Assembly: GCA_010405405.1 (NCBI GenBank)
Contig: MU004244.1
Coordinates: forward strand, 747,895 to 811,894
Direction of reading: 5' to 3'
Source: Microthyrium microscopicum
Lineage: Eukaryota
Length of the DNA stretch: 64,000 nt
Shown here: in pieces, positions 63,264-64,000 of the stretch
Layout: each line of letters begins with the position of its first letter
Numbering within the stretch: the first letter of the stretch is position 1
Notes under the pieces: generated by a model
What the model was told of the DNA's origin: nothing
Seen by the model: only the letters and a program-made list of their open reading frames with translations
The model's database searches: none
Made by a program: the position numbers and the translations under genes

Positions 63264-64000
63264 TCACAGTTCAAACTCGATCGGCCCTGTTCCTCTTACA
63301 CTCTCCTCAATTAGCTCCTCGTCAATCATATCCTCCATCACTCCCATCGCCATGTCCAGATCCGAGGGCACTGGAACGTCCCCTTGGCCCAACATTGTAG
63401 CCACCACCCATGCCTTACACTCCGCCTCTTGTCGCATTTCAGTCTCCTCTGCGAGCTTCCCAGCTCCACGGTAGTATACCCCAGCATTCCCCAGTAGTGT
63501 GCCTGCACTGTTCCGCAATACAGCTGCGGCACTGTCGCGCAGAGCCAGCATCCGCCGTGCAAGTGTGATATCGCCGCGCAGCATGTACACGCGCGCTGGC
63601 GCTGGTGGTGACACATCCACCACTGATCCCGCATTGGCTGCTTGTGCTAGACACTCATCTGCACGCTCAAGTGAGCTCCATGCCAGCTGCGCGGCCTCGT
63701 CTGAGTCATCACGCTCGCGAAGCGCACTAGAAAAGTCCGCGAGGGTGTCTGCGTGCGCGAGTAAGAGAGATGGCGGGGCGTTGGCGGGCGAGGCGAAGAC
63801 AGTGGCCAGGCGCGCAGCATATGCAGGTGCATCGATAAGAGCCAAGCGGTATTCCGCGTCGGCGAGAGCGGCGCGGAAAAGGGCGGTAGCGAGCGTTGCT
63901 TCTTGTGAAGCGGCAACAAGGGGATCGATGGGCTGGGCTGTTGAACCGGAGAGAGACAAGATAGGGGATGGATCGGTGGCTAGTTGGGCAGGAGATGGCA
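63264..64000 (-). CDS. 3' part of an Ala-rich helical (TPR-like) hypothetical protein running off the window
   Basis: Frame open to the window edge; strong GC3 bias; helical pattern AWSSLERADECLAQA, VYMLRGD, LLGNAGVYYRGA. Confidence 0.7.
   Translation of the reverse strand, partial: PSPAQLATDPSPILSLSGSTAQPIDPLVAASQEATLATALFRAALADAEYRLALIDAPAYAARLATVFASPANAPPSLLLAHADTLADFSSALRERDDSDEAAQLAWSSLERADECLAQAANAGSVVDVSPPAPARVYMLRGDITLARRMLALRDSAAAVLRNSAGTLLGNAGVYYRGAGKLAEETEMRQEAECKAWVVATMLGQGDVPVPSDLDMAMGVMEDMIDEELIEESVRGTGPIEFEL

Overview
Gene-dense 64-kb window of a filamentous ascomycete (Pezizomycotina-type; short spliceosomal introns with CTAAC/CTGAC-like branch sites). About 26 protein-coding loci plus one pseudogene can be supported. 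Housekeeping genes: OPT transporter, Zn2Cys6 TF, DCAF8-like WD40, DPM2, CWC22, GPC1, ANT1-like carrier, SEH1, NEM1, eIF2B-beta, IMA1, uL24m. Secreted or accessory genes: carboxylesterase, BBE-like flavoprotein, germin/spherulin, alpha/beta-hydrolase, HET-domain protein, MYND protein, DUF4396. No tRNA, rRNA, CRISPR or intact mobile element was recognised. The most striking locus (59597-62506, minus strand) is a secreted ~860-aa polyprotein of about 16 divergent 4- or 6-Cys mini-domains, most separated by hydrophobic-x-x-R or KR Kex2-like sites, which looks like a precursor for a library of disulfide-rich peptides. Also notable: a MYND protein with a possible Cys-His-Asp enzyme domain, a degenerate RapZ-C-like protein, a 70-aa three-exon microprotein missed by the ORF track, a GC-AG intron and a 5-nt micro-exon. 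All family assignments come from motif recognition by eye, not database searches.
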